Made by a program: the position numbers and the translations under genes. From Macrostomum lignano (taxonomy: Eukaryota): a DNA stretch of 64,000 nucleotides. The notes beneath the pieces are model-generated. The model did no database searches. It was given only the letters and a program-made list of their open reading frames with translations, and was not told the DNA's origin. Numbering within the stretch: position 1 is the first letter of the stretch; each line of letters begins with the position of its first letter. Shown here piece by piece: positions 1 through 23,796 of this stretch. The stretch spans positions 496,001 to 560,000 of the forward strand of contig NIVC01000180.1 of NCBI GenBank assembly GCA_002269645.1, in the 5' to 3' direction.

Positions 1-10233
<10,233 letters not shown>

Positions 10234-12761
10234 TATACGCAAAAATAAAACCCCAGATTTCAATTATCCTACGTGTGTTAAATTTAACTGAAAAGAACAC
10301 AAATGGGTTAGATACAGTTTCATAGGCCGCAATATATGACGTCAAGCAGAGCTTAGCAGACTATCTCATTGGGCTGTTCAGGGGTACGGAAAACAGACTG
10401 CTTCGAAGAATAAGAAAAATTCAAAATTGAAAGAGTTAATTTATGCAAACAAAACAAAAAACCCATGTTTTAAAAGCTAATAATTCAGCCTTAACTATAA
10501 TTCGGGAGATACGATGAAATTTTTTAGAATTTTTGGAAAATATCACATTAAAGTGTGTTTATTTTCTCATTTTGTACGTCAGTGTTTAGCTTAGCCATCT
10601 GACTTTCTGGCTTTCTACTGATGCCCATGATTCTTATTTGCACCAAACAGGCTCTTTACACTTGCTTGACTTCATTTATATTTATACTCGTATCAAAACT
10701 AGATCAGTAAGGATACAACACAACATACAAATGGCAATTAACTTCAGTGGTCCGTGACCTTTGTTATTTTTTTAATTTACATTACACTACAAACAACAAC
10801 AATTTTATGTACATTGCAACCCCAGGTGTACAACCCAGAGTAAACTTGTGTGCGCATAATTGCCTTTCCTCGCTGGCTGCAGATCAACCGTTACCGCGTA
10901 TGGTCGCCTTGATTTGGGCAGCAGCACCTCCGATCAATATAGCGACTACATATGTATCAACTGAATTAAATTAGAAAACATTTGACCCCAAAACTGGGAC
11001 TTTGCGGTCTGATGCAAGGGCAGACGCTGAAAATGTACATATACATGTACGTTTTTCTACGGTTTTGCATGTATCTACGTAACAGTAACTGCAGACTGTT
11101 TATTCAGAGTCGACTTGCAAAATACTTAAAAGGCTGCGTCGTGTTTAATTTGATTCCAGCTTGAAAAAAGCAGCACCGTAAGAATCTGAACGTAACTTAT
11201 AATAAATTACTCAAAAGTTTGAGACTTGGCGTCAACAGCAGATCGAGGGTAAATACATGTAATACGATCGTTATTATCGTAAAATTTGTTGCGATGTGCA
11301 CTACAGGAAAAACAAATTTTATTAATCACAGCGTTAGCATTGAATCTGTATAGCGCTGACTGTCTAAGAGCCTGAAAAACTTATAAGAAAACACTTGAGC
11401 TGCAACCTGAGAGCGTTCTATTTAACGGAAAGTGCTTCCTGATGAGATTTGCTATCGCTCGATCCAAACGTAGACTAGAAAAATACATGTACGTTTCGAG
11501 TGGGGATTTTCCTTGTTCATTCTAGATTATCCGTCCCCAGAACCTCGCTTTCGAATGAACTCAATTTTCGGCTCTGACAAACAAGTCTAAAACTTGGAAC
11601 AACTCGCAAACAAAGTAGCAAAGAGCATTAAAGCTCGCCAGCTCGTTGATAAAACAATTAACTAAAAGTGCACACAATGAGGCAGTTTGAGCTCACTGAT
11701 TATAGAACAGCATAAGTCAGAAAGTTCCAGTTGTATTCCTGCAGGTTTTCACAACAGTTTGAAAGATTGACGTTTTTAAAAGTACATGACTGAGGCTGGA
11801 GCCATACGCTTCATCATCAATGACAGTTTCGAATTCACAAGCCTCAATATTATCAGACAGCAACAGAAAAAATAGAGAAGAGTCTATTGCATTACTGTAC
11901 TTGCTACTCATAAGTAGGAATGCGAGCATCAGAATGATTTGACTTCGCAATAATATAATAAAATAGTATTCTCTTCAGAAATCATTTGTAAGTACTTGAA
12001 TTATGACTATCGATAGAAATAATGATACTTGCTTACAATCTGGTATATTATATAGTGTATCTCGTACACTGTAGAAATATCGGTAGCATATTAATTAGCC
12101 TTCAATATAACAGCACAAACGAAACTCTGACGAAAGCCAAAAGAAGAGCAGCTGAAATAGAAACAGGAAAGACAGAAAATTGCAATTAAAGAAAAACCAT
12201 TCTTTCTTTCTGCAAAGCCAAAATCGCCTTGCATTCGAAAAAAAATATTCGATAAGATAAAGTAGGCGCAAGTAAAAAAAAATTAAAAGAACACAATTTT
12301 CAGATGTACTTGATTAGTTTCAAAGGTTTTAAAGGAAATAAGCACAAGCGTGAAATGAGGACTAAAAAATTGCTTATAAAGATTTTCGAAACCCCCTGAA
12401 TTGCAGCGATTGGTCAATTGGCATGGTAAAATGGAATTGCAAAATTCAAATGACAGAATTCAATTTTTCGAGGTTTAGCGAGAGCTGAAAGGAACCATTT
12501 TTTTTAATCTGAAGAAAAACTCAGTTACATAAAAAAGGCTGTGCAACTTAGTTCGTGAAACTTCTCACTGCGCGCTCCTGTGCACCTGCAGGGCCCGACT
12601 GATTTTGTCAGCGATGGACCGGCTGCGGCTGGCTGAAATCGGATGCAGTTGCCGGGGTGAATTTTTGTTAAACCTGCAGGTTCAGGCCCCGCCATGCAGG
12701 GTGTTCTCAGGGCCCACCTACTCAACATTTCAACAAGCTCATAAATCTAAATTGTCGAAGA

Positions 12762-13262
12762 CAGTCCTGCATCGCTAGACATGACAGTCCTGAACCGCTA
12801 GACATGACAGTCCTGCATCGCTAGACATGACAGTCCTGAACCGCTAGACATGACAGTCCTGCATCGATAGACATGACAGTCCTGAACCGCTAGACATGAC
12901 AGTCCTGCATCGCTAGACATGACAGTCCTGCATCCCTAGACATGACAGTCCTGCATCGATAGACATGACAGTCCTGAACCGCTAGACATGACAGTCCTGC
13001 ATCGCTAGACATGACAGTCCTGCATCCCTAGACATGACAGTCCTGCATCGCTAGACATGACGGTCCTGCATCGCTAGACATGACAGTCCTGCATCGCTAG
13101 ACATGACGGTCCTGCATCGCTAGACATGACAGTCCTGAACCGCTAGACATGACAGTCCTGAACCGCTAGACATGACAGTCCTGCATCGATAGACATGACA
13201 GTCCTGAACCGCTAGACATGACAGTCCTGCATCGCTAGACATGACAGTCCTGCATCGCTACA
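12762..13262. repeat. 23-bp minisatellite GACAGTCCTGCATCGCTAGACAT
   Basis: About 21 tandem units. Confidence 0.95.
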
Positions 13263-13949
13263 CATTCCTGAATCGCTCACCGTTTCGCCTCTTATAGGAC
13301 ATCTGGAACTCCATCGTGACCTGGAATTAAGGAGCAAAAAATAAACTTACATCCATTACCAGCTAGCTTAAAAATGTTGTTCTACCTATTCATCCGACTT
13401 TAGAATTTTATTTCCACAATGTATGAATATAGCCACAGGCAGTGTGTCGGTGAAACCTCTGTCGGTGCGACCACGCCCTAGCCGTGCAGCTCAGACAGAA
13501 TGAAAGTGCGCTCGATTAGAGGTTTAATTTTACCTGACAATTCCTTATCTAAGATCTCCTGGCCTGTTATCTATCAATCACTGATAAAATTATCAACGTA
13601 TGTATCGAAACTACAGTAAATTAATACTTTTTTTACTAAATATTTCTGTGTCGCACTATTGCCAAGAACATACGTTTGCAACCTTGATTTTTAAAACAAC
13701 GCAATACCTGACCGCAACAAAGTACGCACCTTATCCCGGAACCGTTTAGCATAGGAATAGTCGCTGATTTGCCTTCGTTCACCTTGACAGTCTGCGTCAG
13801 CGCAAGAGAGTCGGTCTGAGAAATTGAGAATTCAAGTACTTAAACACCTGAGGCAGTAACTCCAACTTGTACGGCATGCGGTGAGATGGGACAGAAATGA
13901 GCTTAAGGCTGCATTCGACTGTCAAAAATTGTCTGTCACAAATTGCACA

Positions 13950-14245
13950 GAGTGAGCCAGAGCACAGAGTGAGTCAGAGCACAGAGTGTGCCAGAGCACA
14001 GAGTGAGTCAGAGCACAGAGTGAGTCAGAGCACAGAGTGAGTCAGAGCGCAGAGTGAGTCAGAGCACATAGTGAGTCAGAGCGCAGAGTCGCAGAGTGAG
14101 CCAGAGCACAGAGTGAGTCAGAGCACAGAGTGAGTGAGAGCACAGAGTGAGTCAGAGCGCAGAGTGAGTCAGAGCACAGAGTGAGTCAGAGCACAGAGTG
14201 AGTCAGAGCACAGAGTGAGTCAGAGCGCAGAGTGAGTCAGAGCAC
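13950..14245. repeat. 17-bp minisatellite AGAGCACAGAGTGAGTC
   Basis: About 17 tandem units. Confidence 0.93.
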
Positions 14246-14450
14246 AATTTCATAGTTTTCATTCGCACACACTGACTAGCCTGAGATGTGACGCAAGCAG
14301 CCTGGACACAGTGTACTAACCGCGACCTTAAACTTGCAACTAGGCTGACTATGCAGCATGTACTATTAAGTCACAACACGCAGCACGGGAGCTCAGTTTG
14401 ATTCAATTCAAGGCCTGCAAAAAGAGGCGGCAAGTTTCTCAAAGACTCAC

Positions 14451-17400
14451 CGGACAGCCGCTTTGGCCGCTGCGGCGTCTCCGGCAGAGGCCGCATGAAC
14501 TCGGCCACTTGCTGCGACAGCGGGGAGCTGCTTTCATCTGTGAGGGCGTTTGAGAAACTTTCATGTCCAACTCTTTCATGTCTAACTCTTTCATGTCTAA
14601 CTCTTTCATGTCTAACTCTTTCATGTCTAACTCTTTCATGTCTAACTCTTTCATGTCTAACTCTTTCATGTCTAACTCTTTCATGTCTAACTCTTTCATG
14701 TCTAAATGACAGAGACTGTCATGTCTAACTCTCATGCCTCATTAAACACAATTAAAAAGATGTAAAAATTATTACCCGAACTTGAAAATTCTTTTGACGC
14801 AACTGTCGAATCTTCAGGTGGCTTGTCTTCATCAGGCAATGATGGCAGTGCCAGCAGCTCCATGGTGACGCTGCCTGACTGCGGCAGAGGCAGCAGAACC
14901 CGTGCGCCGCCAGGTGGGACACTCGCCAGCGACAGACAAGCCGAGGCCAGCTGTGACTGCCGCTGATGCCGCTGCAGACTCACCGTCAGCTGGGTAGAGT
15001 TCGGATTCAACTCGCTGGGACAAGAGGCAGATGAGATGCAGCATTCTTTGTTTTAATTCCGACATTGTGGAAAATCATTTCTCTCCAATACTCTGGTTAG
15101 GGGCTACTCAGATCGGATGCAGCACTCACTAATCTTGTAAATCGTAATGTACTCAATACTCTGAATATTTAAGCCATATTTTGTATTTCCTATCAAAGCT
15201 GACTATTTACGCATTTTTTTCAAACTTGACCATTCCAGTTTCAACTTTGGTGCCCAAAGCCCCTGCAAACCAACTAAGCCAGTAGCCTTGATTTGCGGAG
15301 GTGCCCAAAGCCCCTGCAAACCAACTAAGCCAGTAGCCTTGATTCGCGGAGGTGCCCAAAGCCCCTGCAAACCAACTAAGCCACCTTGATTCGCGGAGGT
15401 GCCCAAAGCCCCTGCAAACCAACTAAGCCACCTTGATTCGCGGAGGTGCCCAAAGCCCCCTGCAAACCAACTAAGCCACCTTGATTCGCGGAGGTGCCCA
15501 AAGCCCCTGCAAACCAACTAAGCCACCTTGATTCGCGGAGGTGCCCAAAGCCCCTGCAAACCAACTAAGCCACCTTGATTCGCGGAGGTGCCCAAAGCCC
15601 CTGCAAACCAACTAAGCCACCTTGATTTGCGGAGGTGCCCAAAGCCCCTTGAAAACCAACCTGTAGCCTTGATTTGCGGAGGTGCCCAAACCCCCTGCAA
15701 AACAACCAGTAGCCTTGATTTGCGGAGGTGCCCAAACCCCCTGCAAACCAACTAAGCCACCTTGATTTGCGGAGGTGCCCAAACCCCCTGCAAACCAACC
15801 AGTAGCCTTGATTCGCGGAGGTGCCCAAAGCCCCTGCATACCAACTAAGCCACCTTGATTCGCGGAGGTGCCCAAAGCCCCTGCAAACCAACTAAGCCAC
15901 CTTGATTCGCGGAGGTGCCCAAAGCCCCTGCAAACCAACTAAGCCACCTTGATTCGCGGAGGTGCCCAAAGCCCCTGCAAACCAACTAAGCCACCTTGAT
16001 TCGCGGAGGTGCCCAAAGCCCCTGCAAACCAACTAAGCCACCTTGATTCGCGGAGGTGCCCAAAGCCCCTGCAAACCAACTAAGCCACCTTGATTCGCGG
16101 AGGTGCCCAAAGCCCCTGCAAACCAACTAAGCCACCTTGATTCGCGGAAGTGCCCAAAGCCCCTGCAAACCAACTAAGCCACCTTGATTCGCGGGGGTGC
16201 CCAAAGCCCCTGCAAACCAACTAAGCCACCTTGATTCGCGGGGTGCCCAAAGCCCCTGCAAACCAACTAAGCCACCTTGATTCGCGGAGGTGCCCAAAGC
16301 CCCTGCAAACCAACTAAGCCACCTTGATTCGCGGAGGTGCCCAAAGCCCCTGCAAACCAACTAAGCCACCTTGATTCGCGGAGGTGCCCAAAGCCCCTGC
16401 AAACCAACTAAGCCACCTTGATTCGCGGGGTGCCCAAAGCCCCTGCAAACCAACTAAGCCACCTTGATTCGCGGAGGTGCCCAAAGCCCCTGCAAACCAA
16501 CTAAGCCACCTTGATTCGCGGAGGTGCCCAAAGCCCCTGCGAACCAACTAAGCCACCTTGATTCGCGGGGGTGCCCAAAGCCCCTGCGAACCAACTAAGC
16601 CACCTTGATTCGCGGAGGTGCCCAAAGCCCCTGCAAACCAACTAAGCCACCTTGATTCGCGGGGGTGCCCAAAGCCCCTGCAAACCAACTAAGCCACCTT
16701 GATTCGCGGGGGTGCCCAAAGCCCCTGCAAACCAACTAAGCCACCTTGATTCGCGGAGGTGCCCAAAGCCCCTGCAAACCAACTAAGCCACCTTGATTCG
16801 CGGAGGTGCCCAAAGCCCCTGCAAACCAACTAAGCCACCTTGATTCGCGGAGGTGCCCAAAGCCCCTGCAAACCAACTAAGCCACCTTGATTCGCGGAGG
16901 TGCCCAAAGCCCCTGCAAACCAACTAAGCCACCTTGATTCGCGGAGGTGCCCAAAGCCCCTGCAAACCAACTAAGCCACCTTGATTCGCGGAGGTGCCCA
17001 AAGCCCCTGCGAACCAACTAAGCCACCTTGATTCGCGGGGGTGCCCAAAGCCCCTGCGAACCAACTAAGCCACCTTGATTCGCGGAGGTGCCCAAAGCCC
17101 CTGCATACCAACTAAGCCACCTTGATTCGCGGGGGTGCCCAAAGCCCCTGCAAACCAACTAAGCCACCTTGATTCGCGGAGGTGCCCAAAGCCCCTGCAA
17201 ACCAACTAAGCCACCTTGATTCGCGGAGGTGCCCAAAGCCCCTGCGAACCAACTAAGCCACCTTGATTCGCGGGGGTGCCCAAAGCCCCTGCGAACCAAC
17301 TAAGCCACCTTGATTCGCGGAGGTGCCCAAAGCCCCTGCAAACCAACTAAGCCACCTTGATTCGCGGAGGTGCCCAAAGCCCCTGCGAACTAACCAAGCC

Positions 17401-19747
17401 AGTAGCCAACTAATTTCAAGATGCAAGCAAAATGACGCATGCCAGCCGGACCCACAGCACAAAATGCTCATCCCAGTAGGGATTGGTCACCCCGTAGGCC
17501 GGTTTGGTCTGCCGGACCTGCCGGGGCTCATCCAGTTCCAGCCGGACCACTGCGCTGCGGCTGGCGGCGTCCAATGATGACGAGGCGACGGACTCGATGC
17601 CGGATGCTCGAATCCCCTTCACCAAGAGGCGGGACTTTGACCTCTTGCTAACGTTGATCTCATTGGTAGTTGAAAGTTTTGCAGGATTCTGATTGCACGA
17701 GAAGGACGTTTTTGCACCGTTTTGATTCGACGAAATGCTCGGAGAGTTGCGATTGGTCAGCACAGGTGAGCAGCTTTGATTAGCGGAGCTCAACGAATTT
17801 TCATTTTGATTTAATATACGCGACGCGATCTCATGTGAAGTGGCCATTGTCACTTTATCAGCCAGAGTAGGCAAAACCGAACGATTTGCCTCAAGCTGCT
17901 TTTTCTTCAGAAGCGAACAGCCGCAGTCTGCATCTTGATATTCAGCAACGATAACCTGTTGAAAAAAGAGTTTGAAAATTAAAACAGGTGCTGTCGTGGA
18001 AATTCTGCTTCGATAAAACTGCAGATACCTCATCTGTCTGGCAGGCCTTGTCTTCGCTTCGGCTCAGAACTGGTGCCGCACGTAGTAGTCCATTGCAGCC
18101 CAATGGAAAATTGACCACAGTGGAACCCAGCAGCGCAATGACCCGACCGGCCAGCCAATCAGAACGAGCGGAAGCCTCTGATTGGCTGACGCCAGAGTTG
18201 TCAATGCGATAGACGCGGGCTTCGGAGACAAAAGGCCGGCCAATCAGACGTGCCGAAGCTGTCGGCGGTCCCTGAGCCAGCCGAAGCTCCAGCTCAGCCT
18301 GGGTTAAAAAGTAGAAACAGCTGAACACTGATCACTCACTTCAGCATGAGCTGATCACTGATCACTCACTTCAGCATGAGCTGATCACTGATCACTCACT
18401 TCAGCATGAGCTGATCACTGATCACTCACTTCAGCATGAGCTGAACACTGATCACTCACTTCAGAATGAGCTGATCACTGATCACTCACTTCAGCATGAG
18501 CTGAACACTGATCACTCACTTCAGCATGAGCTGAACACTGATCACTCACTTCAGCATGAGCTGATCACTGATCACTCACTTCAGCATGAGCTGATCACTG
18601 ATCACTCACTTCAGCATGAGCTGATCACTGATCACTCACTTCAGCATGAGCTGATCACTGATCACTCACTTCAGCATGAGCTGAACACTGATCACTCACT
18701 TCAGCATGAGCTGATCACTGATCACTCACTTCAGCATGAGCTGATCACTGATCACTCACTTCAGCATGAGCTGAACACTGATCACTCACTTCAGCATGAG
18801 CTGATCACTGATCACTCACTTCAGCATGAGCTGATCACTGATCACTCACTTCAGCATGAGCTGATCACAGATCACACACTTCAGCATGAACTCAAGACTG
18901 ATTACTCACTTCAGCGCTGCAGTTTGTCAGCTGAACGCTGTAGTCGGTCAGCCAGTGAGCCACGCGGACCTTCAGTCGGACATCCGGAACGTAAACCCGA
19001 GCGTAGAGCAGCTGAAAAGGCAGGGAAAAACAGGTGGATACAATTGTCCGAATTCCTATGTAAAGCCGATATTTGAAAATGGTTAATTTAATGCATACCA
19101 GCTCTTTGCCGGGACCTGGGCAGATCCTTGATGTAACTGATTTTACTGTTGGCAACGAGGTGCCCAGTGAGATATCTTGTACATAAACAGCCTGAAAGTG
19201 GATTAGTAAGTCAGTAAGTTAGCCTGCGGTTTACGCAAATGTCGCCCATGGGGGCCAACCTCCAAGCCACAGAGTGTGCATTCTGTCTGACAGACAAAGC
19301 CAGGGTCGCTGTACATCCTGTGTGATCATGTGTGTGACTCACTGTGCCGCTGGCCGCTTCATTGAAAGCCTTCAGGCAGTTCAGTAAAAATCCGCTGTAC
19401 AATCTGCTGCAGTTTCCATGCTGAACAAAAGACCTCTGACTGCAGTTGCTGAGCCAGCCAATCAGAATATTCAGCCAGCTGCATATCTCCGGTCTGTGGT
19501 GCAGGTCCGGCGCCAGAAAGCCCGGGTGTTGGGCCAGGGGCGACCAGAGCTCTCGAGACTCGGTGCCCTTGGGGTAAATCAGCTGATAAGTGACATGAGC
19601 GAGCACTGATGCAGCAAATCCAAACAGACAGAATCCAATAAATATAATATCCAGAACATCCAGCCTGGTGATGAACAAGCTGAATGTTTGCACTGGACTA
19701 CTGGCAGCTATAAATTCCCAGAGTGTGCTGGCCAAAAAAGCCATCAT
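14451..19747 (-). CDS. C2CD2/C2CD2L (TMEM24)-like protein: N-terminal TM anchor, SMP-like region, C2 domain; 3' exons unresolved
   Basis: Phase-compatible exons: 19747-19343, 19191-19099, 19011-18910, 18298-18029, 17955-17456, 15014-14776, 14537-14451. Hydrophobic IIFIGFCLFGFAASVLA, then EICSWLNILIGW...LKAFNEAA, VQDISLGTSLPTVKSV, and C2 motif LELDEPRQVRQTKPAYGVTNPYWDEHFVLELNPNS. Confidence 0.75.
14551..14735. repeat. 15-bp minisatellite CTCTTTCATGTCTAA
   Basis: Fills an intron of the C2CD2-like gene; source of the spurious (KELDM)n ORF. Confidence 0.93.
15245..17405. repeat. 47-bp minisatellite CCACCTTGATTCGCGGAGGTGCCCAAAGCCCCTGCAAACCAACTAAG
   Basis: About 45 units in an intron of the C2CD2-like gene. 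Confidence 0.97.
18320..18912. repeat. 30-bp minisatellite CTGATCACTGATCACTCACTTCAGCATGAG
   Basis: About 19 units filling intron 18909-18299. Confidence 0.96.
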
Positions 19748-21994
19748 AGCCTTAATATGGAACACAAATAAATGCTTGTTCTTGGAGCATTGAAGAGCAG
19801 TAAATGGAAATTTCAATATATGTATTTGCAAAGCAAATCAGAGCTGCATAAAAATAAAAAATACCAACAGTTATGCTAGCTAGTGGTAGGCCTATATATT
19901 CATATTATAAGATATGTGGGCAAAACTAAATTCAGAAAACAATTAATAATTAATCATAGTTAAAAAATTGAATAGTTCATCCAGCAAGATGAACAATTTA
20001 TGATGAGCATATTTTCTAAATGTATTTACAATGATATACAATTTTTAAGTAATAGATACAAAGACAAAGTAAATATACAAATATTTTATATTTGATTTTA
20101 TATTTGTTTTTTTAGTTAACAACTTAATGTTAATTAATTATCATTAACTAGGCCTAATGCAAATAGTTGACATCTATTGATGTCTTGTTTTAGTATATCA
20201 TTTACTATGCTATAATCAATTCTATCAGACCATTTGTCTCTTGGTCCATCTTTCAGATTAGATACTATAGAATAAAAAATGAATACTGGGACAAGAATAA
20301 GATAGACATTCTATTTTGGAAATAACTAAAATGGTTTTTAAAGTAGCTTCGAGGAGTCACGGCCAGTTAATTAAAAAAAGGATTTCGATCTAATCTTTTT
20401 AAAATTTCATAAAAGGGTAAGAGTTTCGAAAAAACAGTTAAATTGCCAAATCAAACGAGCTATTTGATGAAGTTAAAATCTCGAATTGTTGGTGATTTTA
20501 ACATCTCAAAAACGGAACCATTTAAAGTGAAGTTAAGTGTAGTTAAATAAAGTGAAGTGTAGTTAAATAAAGATACGCAAAATGCATCCATTAACATTCA
20601 ACACTGACAGTTTGAGTACTAGGACAATAGATATTATGGTCATAACAATTAACTATAAAACTTGACAGTGATTTCACAGAAAACTTAAAGTCAAATATTG
20701 CCATCATGGTAATTCAATGCTCGAAAATTAAGAACAAAAGGACCTAACTCTAGAGTGGCTATCAAGTATTAGAAACATTCGATTATTTTTACAAATGTTC
20801 TTTTAGTAATGCCAGGAGTATCCCTACATAATATTTGTTTTAGCTGAAGTGCATTTTTTCTAATTTAAAAATGAGTCGGTTTTAAGAATAAATAGTTCTA
20901 CAGCTTGACGCGTATAAAACTTCAAGGTATTATCGCGTATTCACTATATTTTACTATACTAAAATAATTGGCTAAGAACGGAGATGCGCAGATATAGTAA
21001 AACCTGAATTCTACACCGTGGATGTCCAGTGATGCCTCGATCGTACTAAATTTTATATTTTCTGCCGAATTGCCGAGAACTGACGTAAATTTTTTATATA
21101 TGTGCATCAATTTTTTGCAAATGTATGTAAACCAGACAGTTATGAATCTACTTAGAATTATAACTACTGAAAACAAATGCTACTGCAGATGTAGAATGCA
21201 TGTAAAACAATAATGGATTTCGGTCCATTACAGAACATCATGAAGTCGGATTTATAAACTTGCACGTAAAATGCAAGGCAAGTCAGCTGCTCCTAGCTAT
21301 CAAATAAGATTGCACTACCGATCATGGCCAGTTCATTCTGCTTTTGTGACGGATCATTCCTAGGATGCGTCTTTTTAAACCATGAGCCATCGTGTCGAAA
21401 ATTTTAATTAGTCTGCGTCACGACCTGCGCAAATTCTGCAGCTAAACGGTGATCACCGACAAGGCATCGACGGATGGCATCGACGGATGACATCGACAAG
21501 GCGTACATACATGCAGCTGCCGGCTCTTGGCGGCCTAACATGCAGTGGTGTCCCGGGCTCCCAAAAAGCTACGTACGTGACGTTGCTACTGTGAAGAGAT
21601 CGTGCACCGGGTGCAAAACAAGGAAATTGCGGTTGACTTTAGCCCAGCTTGACATCTACGAGAAGCTGAAATTTGAATTCGTCGATCTAGACGCTTCGTG
21701 CTTAGGGACAAATGTTGGCATCGGCTGCGTCCATGAAACTCCCCATTCTACCAACAAACAAACGTGAATTCCGAGTTACTGTGAGACGAAACAAAATCTC
21801 CCAGCCAATGCGAGCTCCTATGCATTTATCAATTCTGCCAGCCAATGAAATTACCACTTAGACCTGCAAGTCGGCAATCAACAATGCAGTGAATGATAAA
21901 AAGTAAAAAATCACTGACAGCTCAGCAGTTAAGAAAGCAACGTCGGTCGATTAATTTACGGAGCACAAATCAATGCCGCGACTCTCTGCTGCAG

Positions 21995-23119
21995 GTGATA
22001 TCGCAGCTCAATCAGCCTCTGAGTCTGGCCGCCATTGCGGCAGTGTCGGGCACGGCTCGAGTTCAGTTCACCTCGAACAGCAACGTGGCTCACACGGGAT
22101 TCGAGCTGAGATTCATAGCGAGGTCCCGAGTGAGAACATGGGGTGAGTAGGAGCTGATGCAGGGACTCAGTGCAGGAAAGGAGGGCACTAAGCAGCTGAT
22201 GTCACCATCCACCTTGCACCGATCAACCTGTTGCAGCATGCAGCGGTGATCAAGTTGTTCAGGCCGACTTCAGTCCCGCTGGAAGCGCTGTGGTGAGCCA
22301 CCCTGGATTCGGATCCGGCTCTTTGTACAGCAGCAACGTGAACTGCAGCCTGACAATTGTCGCTCCTGCCGGCTCCAGCGGCATCTCAGCCTGGTTCACC
22401 AACATGGACTTGGAGAGCTGCTGCACCCGAGTCAGTCTGTTCGATGGCGCCGGCTCGCCTCTCGCCAGCCTGTCCCTGTCAGTGGGAGACTTCAACTCCA
22501 GCGTCTACAGATCGGCTTCTCGGCAGATGGCGCTTCGCTTCGAGACGGACGGGGCCGGCACTCGGACCGGCTTCCGGTTTGTCTTCAGGCCCGAGTTCGA
22601 CGGCAGTGGAGCTGGTGAGTCCGTCTGAGTCTGGGGATGCAGCTTGCCGATTCCCCAGCTGGTGAGTCCGTCTGAGTCTGGGGATGCAGCTTGCCGATTC
22701 CCCAGCTGGTGAGTCCGTCTGAGTCTGGGGATGCAGCTTGCCGATTCCCCAGCTGGTGAGTCTGTCTGAGTCTGGGGATGCAGCTTGCCGATTCCCCAGC
22801 TGGTGAGTCTGTCTGAGTCTGGTGATGCAGCATGTCGATTCTCCATCTCTCCCACTGCTGCCCGAATCGCTGCAGAGTTCCGGCTGCGGCCGAGCCGCCG
22901 ACACCCGTCGCCTCTGTGGCCGCTCGGAGCGACATCGAGTGCGCAGTTTTGTGCGCCAGCGCCGAGCAGAGCTGCAGGACCGGCGAGTTCGAGGCTGAGC
23001 TGGGCCGCGGTGCCGCCTGCACGGGGTCGCCGCGGCCGGCTTCGAGAGGCTGGGAGGCTGATGTGTCGCTCTACCTACATGATAGTCGCAATGAGTCCGA
23101 AACAATGCGCATGCACTGA
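21995..23119 (+). CDS. Partial CUB-domain protein (end of one CUB, one full CUB, probable C-terminal PAN/apple-like segment); 5' exons not found
   Basis: Exon 21995-22142 (RVQFTSNSNVAHTGFELRF). Exon 22237-22614 (CSGDQ...SHPGFGSGSLYSSNVNCSLTI...FTNMDLESCC...MALRFETDGAGTRTGFRF). Last exon from about 22876 (SVAARSDIECAVLC), with ambiguous frame. Confidence 0.7.
22609..22830. repeat. 47-bp minisatellite containing AGCTG/GTGAGT
   Basis: About 5 units starting at the donor of the CUB exon. Confidence 0.93.
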
Positions 23120-23796
23120 ATAATAAGCAGATTTTCGGACGCAATGAATGTTTCAGTATACCTACGAGTAAGTAGATTCATGTATGTAGACTTGATTATT
23201 GATTTAAATTTTCTTTTTAATACTCCTATTTTCCTCTCCTCGTTACGAAGGAATAAAATTCCGAAAAAAGTTCAAGTTCTGACTGCCTGCCTAATGGCGG
23301 TCTATTGACTATTAAATATACGGTACGAGCTCGAGTATCACTTTCTCCTTAGTTAGAGCTCCTTAGATTTATGCAAGAAGTAAAAATAGCCTATCTAAAT
23401 AGATAGCCGAATCTTTAAGCTTAGCTCGTATCTAGAAACGTACGAGTACAATGTACATGTAGCGTCCGTCCATGGGACAGACCATTTGGTCCTCCTGAAA
23501 ATGTTTCGTTTTTAGCAACCAACATTTTAGTGGGTCTTTTAAAACTCAGGTTGAACAAACAAAGGTTTCCTGTAGTCTTTTGGAGATTTTACTAAAGGCA
23601 GAAGTAGATCGCATTTCCGTCCATGGGGCTCTGTTTGCTTAGCAATAAAAGCATCTTTTTGTCTTTTGAAAGTTTTAAAAACTTTTTATTGCAGAAAAGC
23701 AAAGCTTTTAGAGCCATTTGCTTTTAACAGCAAAATGGATAAAAAGCTGTATTATTCAGTGATAAAAACACAGCTCAACCGAGTCCAGGTAGAGCC

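Noticed and set aside
15203-17471. Multiple overlapping WLSWFAG ORFs
   Set aside because: 47-bp array in an intron; the frame shifts every unit.
21474-21767. 97-aa ORF as a 5' exon of the CUB gene
   Set aside because: No convincing CUB motif or phase-compatible splice sites.
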